A stretch of 64,000 bases of DNA from an uncultured Acidobacteriota bacterium (lineage in GTDB: Bacteria > Acidobacteriota > Thermoanaerobaculia > Multivoradales > UBA5704), in the NCBI GenBank assembly GCA_963700145.1, contig OY969474.1:2592001-2656000 (forward strand), written 5' to 3'. The notes beneath the pieces were generated by a model that saw only the letters and a program-made list of their open reading frames with translations, was not told the DNA's origin and ran no database searches. Both the position numbers and the translations under genes were made by a program. Numbering within the stretch: the stretch's first letter is position 1; each line of letters opens with the position of its first letter. Below, piece by piece: positions 25,773 through 35,732 of the stretch.

Positions 25773-26324
25773 CTAGCCGATTTCGGAGATGGCGGCCGCT
25801 TCCTCGTCGCCGGCCATGAACTCGGCCCACTCCTCGGAATAGGACAAGGAGCGCAGGTCGCGCATGCGGTCGAGGAAGACGACGCCGTTCAGGTGGTCGA
25901 ACTCGTGCTCGACGATGCGCGCCTCGAAGTCGGCGGCGACGTAGTCGACGGTGCCGCCGTCGCGGTCGAGGCCGCGCACGCGCACCCGCCCGTGCCGGGG
26001 GACGAGGCCGCGCAGCCCGGGGATCGACAGGCACCCCTCCCAGTCGTAGATCAGCTCGCCGACCAGCGGCGCGAGCATCGGATTGATCACCACCCGCAAA
26101 GGGACCGGCTCGCCGTCCTCGCGCCGCACCTCGTAGACGAAGAGCTGCAGCTCGACGCCGACCTGCGGCGCCGCGAGGCCGACGCCGTTGGCGGCGCGCA
26201 TCGTCTCGATCATGTCGTCGATCAGCTCCTGGATCTCGGGCGTGGCGATCTGGGCCGGGGCGACGGCGCGGGCGGGGGTCCGCAGAGAGGGGTGACCGAG
26301 CCGGACGATCGGGCGGACAGGCAT
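25773..26324 (-). CDS. def: Peptide deformylase
   Basis: GVGLAAPQVG, EGCLSIPG, HEFDHLNG. Confidence 0.97.
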   Translation of the reverse strand: MPVRPIVRLGHPSLRTPARAVAPAQIATPEIQELIDDMIETMRAANGVGLAAPQVGVELQLFVYEVRREDGEPVPLRVVINPMLAPLVGELIYDWEGCLSIPGLRGLVPRHGRVRVRGLDRDGGTVDYVAADFEARIVEHEFDHLNGVVFLDRMRDLRSLSYSEEWAEFMAGDEEAAAISEIG

Positions 26325-26426
26325 CGCGAGTTCCTCGTCGAAAAGTGGCCTCTCAGTATACGCCGGCGGCCTCGCGCGCGCGGAGCCGCGCGGGCTCTGG
26401 CACGCCGGGTGCTACGTGCCCCGGGC

Positions 26427-27449
26427 GTGACCGCTAGGACCGCCGCCGACACGCGCGCCCGCAAGCGCAGGTTGGGCCGCCGCCTGCTGCGGGGGACGCT
26501 CCTGCTCTCGGGCGCGGTCGCCCTGCCGCTCCTCGCCGGCGCCTTTCTGCGGCGCCGGACCGCGCCCCTGCCGGCGGTGCGCTGGGGGCGCTCGCGCCAC
26601 TACGCCTGGGACCTCGGCGCGGTCGCCTTCCGGGAGCTGGGCGCCGGGCCGGCCGTCCTCCTCCTCCACTCCCTCGGCCCCGGCCACCACGGCGCCGAGT
26701 GGCAGGCAGCTGCCGAGCGGCTGGCCGAGACCCATCGCGTCTACGTCCCCGACCTCCTCGGCTGGGGGCGCTCCGACAAGCCGCGGCTGACCTACACCCC
26801 CGACCTCTACCTCGACCTCCTCGACGACTTCCTGACCGAGGTCGTGCGCGAGCCCGCGGTCGTCGCCGCGGCGGGCTCGACGGCGCCCTACGCCGTCCGC
26901 CTCGCCGTCGAGCGCCCGCAACGCGTGCGCGGCCTGGCCCTCGTCGCACCGCTCGGCCTCGACGGCGGCCGCCGCGCCGCACGCCGCGCCGTCCTCCGCA
27001 CCCTCGTCCCCGTCCCCGTCGTCGGCAGCTCCGCCCTCGACCTGATGACCAGCCGCGGCGCCCTAGCCCGCCACCTCCGCCGCGAGGTCTACGCCGCCCC
27101 CGAACGCGTCGACGCCGCCCTCCTAGAGCACCACTGGCGAGCCGCCCACGCCCCCGCCGCGAGACCCGCCCTAGCAGCCTGGGCCGCCGGCCGCCTGGAC
27201 CTCCCAGTAGCCGACCACCTCCTCCGCCTGGAAACCCCCGTCTGGCTAGCCTGGGGCCGCTCCGCCCGCCACCCCTCCCCAGCCCAAGCCACCCTCTGGC
27301 TCCACCACCTCCCAAAGGCCGAGCTCCAAGTCTTCGAACGCAGCAGCACCCTCCCCCACGCCGAAGAGCCCCAGGCTTTCGCCACCAACCTAGCCCGCTG
27401 GATCCGCACTCTCCCCTCTTCTCTTCCCTCTTCTCCCGCAGCGTCCTAG
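26427..27449 (+). CDS. Alpha/beta hydrolase fold protein
   Basis: LLLH, PDLLGWGRS, LPHAEEP; nucleophile elbow atypical; start uncertain. Confidence 0.8.
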   Translation: MTARTAADTRARKRRLGRRLLRGTLLLSGAVALPLLAGAFLRRRTAPLPAVRWGRSRHYAWDLGAVAFRELGAGPAVLLLHSLGPGHHGAEWQAAAERLAETHRVYVPDLLGWGRSDKPRLTYTPDLYLDLLDDFLTEVVREPAVVAAAGSTAPYAVRLAVERPQRVRGLALVAPLGLDGGRRAARRAVLRTLVPVPVVGSSALDLMTSRGALARHLRREVYAAPERVDAALLEHHWRAAHAPAARPALAAWAAGRLDLPVADHLLRLETPVWLAWGRSARHPSPAQATLWLHHLPKAELQVFERSSTLPHAEEPQAFATNLARWIRTLPSSLPSSPAAS

Positions 27450-27459
27450 AGCGGTCCCA

Positions 27460-27625
27460 GGGTAGGGGCTGTGGGGCGCTCTCGCGGGGAGCTCTCCGCA
27501 AGCGCCGGCAATCCATCCGCAGTCCTTCATCGATCCCGCGCGCAGCGGAGCGCAGGCGCGCGCCACCCCCCGCAGTCTTCCAAGCGCGCGCCGGTCCCCG
27601 CGAGAGCGCCCCACAGCCCCTACCC
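27460..27625. repeat. MITE/REPIN-like element with 31-bp perfect terminal inverted repeats
   Basis: gggtaggggctgtggggcgctctcgcgggga (27460-27490) and its exact reverse complement (27595-27625). Confidence 0.8.
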
Positions 27626-27671
27626 CCTCACCCACCGCCCCGCCAGCGCGCCAGCTACAATCGCGCCCCTT

Positions 27672-30600
27672 ATGAATAGCCCCGCCGCCAAGCGTTTCCC
27701 CGAAGTACCAGGCGGCTATCCCTTCCCGCGCCTCGAACAAGAAGTCCTAGCCCACTGGGCCAAGCACGAAGTCTTCCGCCAAACCGTAGAGCGCACCCCG
27801 AAAGAAGGCGAATACGTCTTCTACGACGGCCCCCCCACCGCCAACAACGTCCCCCACGTAGGCCACGTAGTCACCAGAGTCGTCAAAGACCTCTTCCCCC
27901 GCTACCGCACCATGCGCGGCTGGCGAGTCCGCCGCAAAGCCGGCTGGGACACCCACGGCCTCCCCGTCGAGATCGAAGTCGAAAAACGCCTCGGCTTCAC
28001 CGGCAAGCGCCAGATCGAGGAGTACGGCATCGCCGCCTTCAACCGCGCCTGCCTCGAAAGCGTTCACACCTACGAGCGCCAGTGGCGCCTGATGAGCGAG
28101 CGCGTCGGCCACTGGCTCGACTACGACCACGCCTACTGGACCTACTCCAACCGCTACATCGAATCCGTCTGGTGGGCCCTCGCCGAGCTGGCCAGGAAAG
28201 GCCTTCTCGACCGCGGCTACAAGATCCAGCCCTACTGCGCCCGCTGCGGCACCACCCTCTCGAGCCACGAAGTCGCCCAGAACTACAAGGAGGCCGACGA
28301 CCCCTCCGTCTGGACCCTCTTCCCGCTCCGCGCCGGCCAGACCCTGCGCACCGCCGACGGCGGCGAGCAACCGGCCGGCCCGCACCTGAAGCTAGTCGCC
28401 TGGACGACCACGCCCTGGACCACCCTCGCCAACGTCGGCCTCGCCGCCCACCCCGATCTGGTTTACAAGGTCGTCGAACACCCCGGCCGCCCCGGCGAGC
28501 AGCTCCTCTTCGCCGAAGGGCTCGAGTGGCCGGTGCCGCTCGCCGTCGAGGAGGACGGGAAGCGCCGCCAGCTCGACCCGCGGGAGCTGCCGGCCCTCGC
28601 CCGCGTCCGCGGCAAAGACCTCGAAGGGCTTACCTACGAGCGCCTCTTCCCCTTCTTCGCCCCCGAGGAGCCGGGGCGCGTCGTCTTGGGCGATTACGTC
28701 ACCGCGAGCGAGGGCACCGGCCTCGTCCACACCGCGCCGCCGTTCGGCGAGGACGACTACCAGACCGGCCTGCGCTACGGCCTGCCGCTCCTCCTCACCG
28801 TCGACGCCGAGGGCAAGATCGTCGAAGGCGCCGGCCCCTTCGCCGGGATGTGGTTCAAGGACGCAGACGCGCCGATCACGCGCGACCTGAAAGAGCGCGG
28901 CCTCCTCCTCCACGGCGAGCGCTACCGCCACAACTACCCCTTCTGCTGGCGCTGCGACCGGCCGCTCCTCTACTACGCCACCGAGAGCTGGTTCGTGCGC
29001 ACGACGAAGAAGAAACAGGAGCTGATCGAGCGCAACCGGACGATCGACTGGCGGCCCGAGCATGTCGGCGAAGGGCGCTTCGGCAACTGGCTGGAGAACG
29101 TCGTCGACTGGGCGCTCTCGCGCAGCCGCTACTGGGGGACGCCGCTGCCGGTTTGGCTCTGCGACGCTTGCCCGCACCAGCAGGTGATCGGCTCGTATGC
29201 CGACCTCTTCAAGGAAGCCGAGCGGGAGCTGCCGGCCGACGTCTACGACGCCGCGCAGTTCGACCCCCACCGCCCGTTCATCGACGAGATCGCCTGGCCC
29301 TGCAAGCAGTGCGGCGCGGGGACGATGCGGCGGGTGGACTACGTCATCGACGCCTGGTTCGACTCCGGCTCCATGCCCTTCGCCCAGCACCACTACCCGT
29401 TCGAGAACCGCGAGCTGCTCGAAGGTCCGGAGGGCGAGCGCCTCTTCCCGGCGGACTTCATCAGCGAGGCGGTGGACCAGACGCGCGGCTGGTTCTACAC
29501 CCTCCATGCCCTCGGCGTGCTGCTCTTCGACTCGGTGGCCTTCGAGCACTGCATCGTCCTCGGCCACGTCAACGACGAGCAGGGCCGCAAGATGTCGAAG
29601 CGCCTGGGTAACGTCGTGGACCCGATGGGGGTAATCGAAGAGGCCGGCGCCGACGCCCTGCGCTGGTATTTCTGCGTCAACAACCCAGAGCTGAACTCGC
29701 GCTTCTCGGCGCGCCTGGTGCGCGAGGCGGCGCAGGGGTTGCTGCTGCCGCTGTGGAACGCGCTGAGCTTCTTCACGATCTACGCGAACCTCGACGGGTG
29801 GGGGCCGGGTAGGGCGAAAGCGCCGGCGCTACGCGACCGCAGCGAGCTCGACCGTTGGATCCTGCTGCGGCTGGATAACCTCGTGACAGACGTCACTGCC
29901 TTTCTGGACTACTACACGGTCGCGCTTCCCGCGCGCCTAATCGAGCTTTTCCTCGGCGACGTTACGAACTGGTACATCCGTCGCAGCCGAGGCCGCTTCT
30001 GGGCTGGGAATCCAAACAGCCTCGATAAGGAGGCTGCCTACCACACGCTCTATGAAGTGCTGACAACCCTCGCCTACATGCTCGCGCCTTTTACACCGTT
30101 CGTCGCCGAGGTTCTGCATGGGCACCTAGTGCGGAGCCAGCGAACGAACGCCCCGGTGAGCGTGCATTTGGAGCCATGGCCCACGCCTCGCGGATATCTG
30201 CAACAGCTGGGTAGCGAGGAAGCGCTCACTCTGTTGCAGGGGATTCTGCTAGTGCAAAGCGTCGTGGGGCTGGGACACGCGGCGCGAAGCACACACAATC
30301 TGAAGACGCGACAGCCTCTCGGAGGTGTGACCCTCGTTGCACATCAAGAGCAGATCGTCCGTCCCCACCTGGAAAGATTCGCCGAGCTGGTGCGGGATGA
30401 GCTCAACGTCAAGGAGATTCGCTGGGCGGAGCGGAGAGGGGACTTCGTCCGGCAGGAAGTGCGGCCCAACTTCCGGCTGCTGGGGAAGAAGCTCGGCGCC
30501 CGCATGCCGAAGCTGAAAGCGTTGCTGGAGGAGACAGACGGCGACGCGCTGGCCGAGCAACTCGAAGAGCGGGGCGCGATCGAGCTGGAGGTGGACGGCG

Positions 30601-30938
30601 AGCCCGTGCGGCTGGAGCGCGAGGAGCTGGAGGTCCGCCTGGTCGAGAAGCCCGGCATGGCCACCGCCGGCGACCGCGAGCTGCTGGTGGCGCTCGACAC
30701 CGAGCTGACGCCGGAGCTGGTGCGCGAGGGGCTGGCGCGCGAGTTCGTGCACAAGGTGCAGAGCGCGCGCAAGGACGGGGGGCTCGACTACGCCGACCGC
30801 ATCGTCGTCCACTACCGCGCCGTCGACGATGAAGCCGAGGCGATCCGCGAGCACGCGGAGTGGATCAAGGGCGAGACGCTGGCCCTCGAGCTGGTCGAAA
30901 CCGGCGAGGGCGAGCTGGCGATCGAGAAAGCTGGATAA
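27672..30938 (+). CDS. ileS: Isoleucine--tRNA ligase (type 2-like)
   Basis: DGPPTAN, HVGH, GWDTHGLP, WTTTPWT, GTG.VH, DWALSR.RYWG, DQTRGWFY, KMSKR. Confidence 0.96.
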   Translation: MNSPAAKRFPEVPGGYPFPRLEQEVLAHWAKHEVFRQTVERTPKEGEYVFYDGPPTANNVPHVGHVVTRVVKDLFPRYRTMRGWRVRRKAGWDTHGLPVEIEVEKRLGFTGKRQIEEYGIAAFNRACLESVHTYERQWRLMSERVGHWLDYDHAYWTYSNRYIESVWWALAELARKGLLDRGYKIQPYCARCGTTLSSHEVAQNYKEADDPSVWTLFPLRAGQTLRTADGGEQPAGPHLKLVAWTTTPWTTLANVGLAAHPDLVYKVVEHPGRPGEQLLFAEGLEWPVPLAVEEDGKRRQLDPRELPALARVRGKDLEGLTYERLFPFFAPEEPGRVVLGDYVTASEGTGLVHTAPPFGEDDYQTGLRYGLPLLLTVDAEGKIVEGAGPFAGMWFKDADAPITRDLKERGLLLHGERYRHNYPFCWRCDRPLLYYATESWFVRTTKKKQELIERNRTIDWRPEHVGEGRFGNWLENVVDWALSRSRYWGTPLPVWLCDACPHQQVIGSYADLFKEAERELPADVYDAAQFDPHRPFIDEIAWPCKQCGAGTMRRVDYVIDAWFDSGSMPFAQHHYPFENRELLEGPEGERLFPADFISEAVDQTRGWFYTLHALGVLLFDSVAFEHCIVLGHVNDEQGRKMSKRLGNVVDPMGVIEEAGADALRWYFCVNNPELNSRFSARLVREAAQGLLLPLWNALSFFTIYANLDGWGPGRAKAPALRDRSELDRWILLRLDNLVTDVTAFLDYYTVALPARLIELFLGDVTNWYIRRSRGRFWAGNPNSLDKEAAYHTLYEVLTTLAYMLAPFTPFVAEVLHGHLVRSQRTNAPVSVHLEPWPTPRGYLQQLGSEEALTLLQGILLVQSVVGLGHAARSTHNLKTRQPLGGVTLVAHQEQIVRPHLERFAELVRDELNVKEIRWAERRGDFVRQEVRPNFRLLGKKLGARMPKLKALLEETDGDALAEQLEERGAIELEVDGEPVRLEREELEVRLVEKPGMATAGDRELLVALDTELTPELVREGLAREFVHKVQSARKDGGLDYADRIVVHYRAVDDEAEAIREHAEWIKGETLALELVETGEGELAIEKAG

Positions 30939-30949
30939 CGACCAACACT

Positions 30950-31090
30950 TGTCATTCCGAGCGAAGCCGAGGAATCTGGGCGGGGGAAGGCCGGAGCATC
31001 GCCCCCGCCCAGATCCTTCGCTTCGCTCAGGATGACAGTTACTCGTCATCCTGAGCGGAGCGCAGCGTAGCGAAGGATCTGGGCGGGGGA
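30950..31090. repeat. GTCAT-capped palindromic REP-like cluster
   Basis: tgtcattccgagcgaagccgaggaatctgggcggggg...cccccgcccagatccttcgcttcgctcaggatgaca plus a further left half-copy at 31044-31090. Confidence 0.8.
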
Positions 31091-31100
31091 AAGGAAATCT

Positions 31101-32459
31101 ATGGCAGGTATCTTCAAAGCCTACGACGTGCGCGGGATCTTTCCTGCCGAGGTCAACGAGGAAGTCGCGCGCCGGATCGGTCTCGCCTTCCAGCACGTCC
31201 TCGACGCCGAGGACCGCGCGCGGGGCAACACGGTCGTGGTCTCGCGCGACATGCGCGAGCACAGCCCGCCGCTCGCCGCGGCGCTGATCGAAGGGCTACG
31301 CGAAGCCGGGCTCGACGTCCTCGACATCGGCCTCGCCACCACGCCGATGAACTACTTCACCGTCGGCCACACCGGCGCCGCCGGCGGCATCCAGGTCACC
31401 GCCAGCCACAACCCGTCCCGCTACAACGGCTTCAAGTTCAGCCGCCACGGCGCGCGCCCCGTCTCGGGAGACCACGGCATCGCGCTCATGGAGGAGAAGG
31501 TGGCGAGCGGCGACCTGCCGCGCGCCGACCGCCCCGGCGCGCTGCGGCAGGGCGACGTCTTCGACGACTACCGCCGGCACGTCCTCTCCTTCCTCCACGA
31601 CGGCCACGCCCGCCGCCTGAAGGTCGCCGTGGACGTCGCCAACGGCATGGCCACGATCTACCGCCCGATCCTCGAGGCCGCGGGGATCGAGCTCGTGCCG
31701 CTCTACTTCGAGCTCGACGGCCGCTTCCCCAACCACGAGGCGAACCCGCTCAAGGAGGAGAACCTGCGCGACCTGGAACGCGCGGTGCGCGAGCACGGCG
31801 CCGACCTGGGCGTCGCCTTCGACGGCGACGCCGACCGCGCCGCCTTCGTCGACGAACGGGCGGCGCCGATCGGCAGCGACCTGATGACCGGGCTGATCGC
31901 CGGCGAGCTCTTGACCCGGGCACCCGGCAGCGCCGTCCTCTACGACCTCCGCTCCTCGCGCGCCGTCGCCGAGTACATCGAGGAGAAGGGTGGCGTGCCG
32001 GTGCGCGAGCGGGTCGGGCACTCCTTCATGAAGGCCACCCTGCGCCGGCGCAACGGCGTCTTCGGCGGCGAGCTGGCCGGCCACTACTACTTCCGCGACC
32101 ACTTCTACGCCGACTCGGCGATCCTCGCGGTGGTCGAGGTGCTGAACCTGCTGCGCGAGACCGGGCAGCCGCTCTCGGCCCTCGTCGCGCCGCTCCGCCG
32201 CTACGCCAAGAGCCCGGAGATCAACTTCGTCGTCGAGGACAAGGCGGGGGCGATCCGGCGGCTCGCCGAGCGCTACGCCGACGCCGAGATCGACTACCTC
32301 GACGGCATCACCATCCGCTACCTGACTTGGTGGGCCAACGTCCGCCCCTCGAACACCGAGCCCTACCTGCGGCTGGTGCTGGAGGCGAACACGCCGGAGG
32401 AGCTGGAGCGGCGGCGGCGGGAGCTGGAAGCGATTCTCGGCACGCCGGCCGAGGAGTGA
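31101..32459 (+). CDS. Phosphomannomutase/phosphoglucomutase
   Basis: FKAYDVRG, TASHNP, FDGDADR, GELAGH, RPSNTEP. Confidence 0.95.
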   Translation: MAGIFKAYDVRGIFPAEVNEEVARRIGLAFQHVLDAEDRARGNTVVVSRDMREHSPPLAAALIEGLREAGLDVLDIGLATTPMNYFTVGHTGAAGGIQVTASHNPSRYNGFKFSRHGARPVSGDHGIALMEEKVASGDLPRADRPGALRQGDVFDDYRRHVLSFLHDGHARRLKVAVDVANGMATIYRPILEAAGIELVPLYFELDGRFPNHEANPLKEENLRDLERAVREHGADLGVAFDGDADRAAFVDERAAPIGSDLMTGLIAGELLTRAPGSAVLYDLRSSRAVAEYIEEKGGVPVRERVGHSFMKATLRRRNGVFGGELAGHYYFRDHFYADSAILAVVEVLNLLRETGQPLSALVAPLRRYAKSPEINFVVEDKAGAIRRLAERYADAEIDYLDGITIRYLTWWANVRPSNTEPYLRLVLEANTPEELERRRRELEAILGTPAEE

Positions 32460-34163
32460 TCAGAACCGCGAAGCGGTGAGGCTGACGTCGGCGCGCGCCC
32501 AGGCGCGCCGGAACTCCTTGTCGGCGGCGGCGGCCTCGGGCTCCTTCCCCTGCGCGCGCAACGCCTGCGCCAGACCGAAGAGCGACCAGCCGTTGGCCGG
32601 GTTGAGCCGCAGGTCCTCGCGGTAGACCGCCTCCGCCTCGGCGGCGCGGCCGCCGGCGAGGAGCACCGCGCCCAGCGACTGGCGCACCGGGTAGTACCAG
32701 GGCGGCGGCTCGGTGAACCAGTGGCCGTCCTGGGCCGCGGCCGCCGCCTCCAGGCGCCGCACCGCCTCCGCCGTGTCGCCGCGCTTGGCCGCCAGCTCGC
32801 CGGCGAGCACGTCCTCGGCCAGCCGCAGCATGTCCACCGTCTTGAAGTATCCGGCGAGCGTGCGCGCCGGCGGGACGGCGGCGCGGTGCGCCGCCAGGGC
32901 GTCGAGCTCGCCCTGCGCCTCGTCGAGCCGCCCGCCGGCGGCGAAGGCGAGGCCGCGGGCGTAGCGCCAGATGCCGGTCGTGTAGAGCAGCTCCGCCGGG
33001 GGCGCCGGCTCGCGCAGGACTTCCTCCCAGCGGCCGAAGCGGGCCAGGACGTAGAGCGGCGCCGCGGGCGCCACCTCCATGTCCGTCATCTGGCGAACGT
33101 CCTCGAGGCTGACCTCCGCCGCCAGCTCGCGCGCCGCCCGCAGCGCCTCGGCGCCGCGCCCCTCCATCGCCGCCGCCGCCCAGATGAAGTCGATGTTGTG
33201 CGGGTAGTAGAGCATCCGGTAGATCGGGCTGGGCTCGCGCCGCTGGAAGTAGGCGCGGTCGGCGGCGAGGGCGCGCTCGTTGACCTCGCCGGCCTCGGCG
33301 TAGCGCCCGACGCGGAAGTAGATGTGCGACGGCATGTGCACCATGTGGCCGGCGCCGGGCACGAGGCCGCGCAGGCGGTCGGCGGCCGCCTCGGCCCGCT
33401 TGGGGTCGGGCGAGGCCTCCAGCGCGTGGATGTAGAGGTGGTTGGCGCCGGGGTGGTCTGGGGCGGCGGCGAGGACGCGCTCGAGGGTGGCGATCGCTTC
33501 GGTGGTGCCGGGGTGGGGCTGCCCGTCGGGCTGCCAGAGGTCCCAGGGGCGCAGGTTCATCAGGGAGTCGGCGAGGAGCGTCGCGGCGTCGAGGTCGTCG
33601 GGGAAGCGCACCACGACGTCGCGCAGGGCGTCGGCGTAGGCGCGGTCGAGCGCCTTGCGGTCGGCCGCGGGGTCGGGCGAATGGCGCCGCAAGGTGGCGG
33701 CGATGAGCGCCCGCTCCCGCTCGCTCGCGCCGCCCGCCAGCGCCTGCGCGCGCTGGGCGGCTGCGTAGGCCGTCCGCTCGCGCTCCGGGTCGGTCGGGCT
33801 GTTGTAGTTCGAGCCGAGGGAGAGGGCGATCCCCCACTCGCAGAGCGCGCAGCTCGGGTCGAGCCGCGCCGCCTCGCGGAACGACGCCAGCGCCTCATAG
33901 TGGTTGAAGGAGTAGAAGAGCCGCAGTCCCTGGTCGAAGTACGCCTGGGCCTCGGGCGAGGCGGTGGTGATCTCGCGGTGGTAGCTGCCGAGATCGGTGA
34001 AGAGCGGCGGCGCCGCCTCGGCGGCGGCCGTTGCCGTGGGAGCGTGGACGTGCGGCTCAGGCGCCGGTGTCGGCCGGGCCGCGCAGCCGGCGCTGAGGAG
34101 CGCGGCGGCCAGCGGCCCGGCGGCGAGGAGCCGGAGCGGAAGCGGCGGGCGGGCCGGGATCAG
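32460..34163 (-). CDS. TPR-repeat lipoprotein (start probably CTG)
   Basis: AQ.YFDQGL...FNH.EA, HPGANHLYIH, GHMVHMPSHI motifs; lipobox LSAGC; no canonical start before it. Confidence 0.8.
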   Translation of the reverse strand: MIPARPPLPLRLLAAGPLAAALLSAGCAARPTPAPEPHVHAPTATAAAEAAPPLFTDLGSYHREITTASPEAQAYFDQGLRLFYSFNHYEALASFREAARLDPSCALCEWGIALSLGSNYNSPTDPERERTAYAAAQRAQALAGGASERERALIAATLRRHSPDPAADRKALDRAYADALRDVVVRFPDDLDAATLLADSLMNLRPWDLWQPDGQPHPGTTEAIATLERVLAAAPDHPGANHLYIHALEASPDPKRAEAAADRLRGLVPGAGHMVHMPSHIYFRVGRYAEAGEVNERALAADRAYFQRREPSPIYRMLYYPHNIDFIWAAAAMEGRGAEALRAARELAAEVSLEDVRQMTDMEVAPAAPLYVLARFGRWEEVLREPAPPAELLYTTGIWRYARGLAFAAGGRLDEAQGELDALAAHRAAVPPARTLAGYFKTVDMLRLAEDVLAGELAAKRGDTAEAVRRLEAAAAAQDGHWFTEPPPWYYPVRQSLGAVLLAGGRAAEAEAVYREDLRLNPANGWSLFGLAQALRAQGKEPEAAAADKEFRRAWARADVSLTASRF

Positions 34164-34852
34164 TCCCGCCGCCCTCCGAGAAGGCCGGCGCGGAGCAGGA
34201 AGTAGAGCAGCGTCATCAGGGTCGAGATCGCGGCGGCGACGTAGGTCAGGGCCGCGGCGTTGAGCACCCGGTCCATCCCCTCGCGCTCCTGCGCCAGCAC
34301 GATCCCCTGCTCGACCGCCAGCCGCTTGGCGCGCGCCGAGGCGTCGAACTCGACCGGCAGCGTGACGATCTGGAAGAGCAGCACCGCCGAGAACAGGACC
34401 GCGCCCAGGCCGACCATGTTCTGCGACTGCATGAAGAGGCCGAGCATCATCGTGATGTAGCCGACCGAGGAGCCGATGTTGGCCGTCGGCACCAGCGCCG
34501 AGCGCAGCCAGAGCGGCTTGTAGCCGACGGCGTGCTGGATGGCGTGCCCCGCCTCGTGACAGGCGACGCCGATCGCGGCGATCGACGGCACCTGGTAGAC
34601 CCCCTCGGAGAGGGCCAGGGTCTTGGTCAGCGGGTTGTAGTGGTCCGAGAGCATCCCCTGGTGGGGGACGACCTTCACGTCGTGGAGCCCGGCGGAAGAG
34701 AGCAGCCGCTGCGCCGCCTGGGCGCCGGTCAGGCCGGAGGCCGCCCGCACCTTCGAGTACTTCTTGAACGCCGAGCGCGTGCGCCAGCTCGCCCAGAGCG
34801 AGAGCGCCAGTGCCGGCAGGATGAAGACGAGGTAGACAGGGTCGAACATCAT
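34160..34852 (-). CDS. Zinc metallopeptidase (YugP/Zn_peptidase_2)
   Basis: LSDHYNP, HEAGHAIQH, TLPVEFDAS.RA, AAALTYVAA. Confidence 0.93.
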   Translation of the reverse strand: MMFDPVYLVFILPALALSLWASWRTRSAFKKYSKVRAASGLTGAQAAQRLLSSAGLHDVKVVPHQGMLSDHYNPLTKTLALSEGVYQVPSIAAIGVACHEAGHAIQHAVGYKPLWLRSALVPTANIGSSVGYITMMLGLFMQSQNMVGLGAVLFSAVLLFQIVTLPVEFDASARAKRLAVEQGIVLAQEREGMDRVLNAAALTYVAAAISTLMTLLYFLLRAGLLGGRRD

Positions 34853-34910
34853 GGGGGTTCACACCCTCCTTCAACTCATCCTAACAGTGCCCCCGGAAGA
34901 GGCATTTCAG

Positions 34911-34979
34911 AAACGCCCGGGACGTGGCCCGGGCGCTACGGCGCCGATGCGTAGCGCCCGGCCTACGTGCCGGGCGTTT
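34911..34979. repeat. GTAG-type REP doublet (copy 1)
   Basis: aaacgcccgggacgtggcccgggcgctacg-N9-cgtagcgcccggcctacgtgccgggcgttt. Confidence 0.85.
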
Positions 34980-35003
34980 TCGGGCGGGGGTTAGAGTACG
35001 CCC

Positions 35004-35732
35004 ATGACGGAAACGGACGGGCGGATCGCGGTCGTCACCGGCGGCAGCCGCGGCATCGGCCGGGCGATCGTCGAGGCGTTCCTCGGCGAGGGCTGGCGCG
35101 TCTACCTCTGCAGCCGCCGGCAGAGCTCGGTCGACCGCGCGCTCGGCGAGCTGGCCGGGAGCTACGGCGCCGGGAAGGCGGCCGGCCGCGCCCTGGACGT
35201 CGGGCGCGAGGAGGAGGTCGAGGACTTCGCGCGCTGGGTGCTCGGCGAGACCGGCGGCCGCGTCGATTGCCTGGTCAACAACGCCGGCCTCGCCCACTTC
35301 GGGCCGGTCGACGAGCTGACCGGCGAGCAGTGGCGCGACGTCATCGACACCAACCTCTCCGGCCCCTTCTACTGCGTCCGCGCCTTCGCGCCGGCGATGA
35401 AACGGCGCGGCACGGGCTGGATCGTCAACATCGCCTCGCTCGCCGCCAAGAACCCCTTCGCCGGCGGCGCCGCCTACAACGCCAGCAAGTTCGGCCTGGT
35501 GGGGTTCTCCGAGGCGTCGATGCTCGACCTGCGCCAGCACGGCGTGCGCGTGGCCTCGATCCTCCCCGGCAGCGTCGAGACCGACTTCGGGCACGGCCAG
35601 CAGTCCCGCGACGGCGGCTGGCGCCTGGCGCCCGAGGACGTGGCGGCGATGGTCCTCCACCTCCTCACCTATCCGGAGCGCGCCCTGCCCAGCCTGGTGG
35701 AGATGCGGCCGACTCGGCCGCCGAAGCGCTAG
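35004..35732 (+). CDS. SDR family oxidoreductase
   Basis: TGGSRGIG, NNAG, YNASK. Confidence 0.93.
   Translation: MTETDGRIAVVTGGSRGIGRAIVEAFLGEGWRVYLCSRRQSSVDRALGELAGSYGAGKAAGRALDVGREEEVEDFARWVLGETGGRVDCLVNNAGLAHFGPVDELTGEQWRDVIDTNLSGPFYCVRAFAPAMKRRGTGWIVNIASLAAKNPFAGGAAYNASKFGLVGFSEASMLDLRQHGVRVASILPGSVETDFGHGQQSRDGGWRLAPEDVAAMVLHLLTYPERALPSLVEMRPTRPPKR

Noticed and set aside
26409-26427. Possible fourth REP copy (ctacgtgccccgggcg)
   Set aside because: Short partial match without GTAG or a partner arm
27450-27671. T-box riboswitch upstream of ileS
   Set aside because: No T-box consensus seen; the region is a perfect-TIR element and a -10 box (TACAAT) lies just before the ATG
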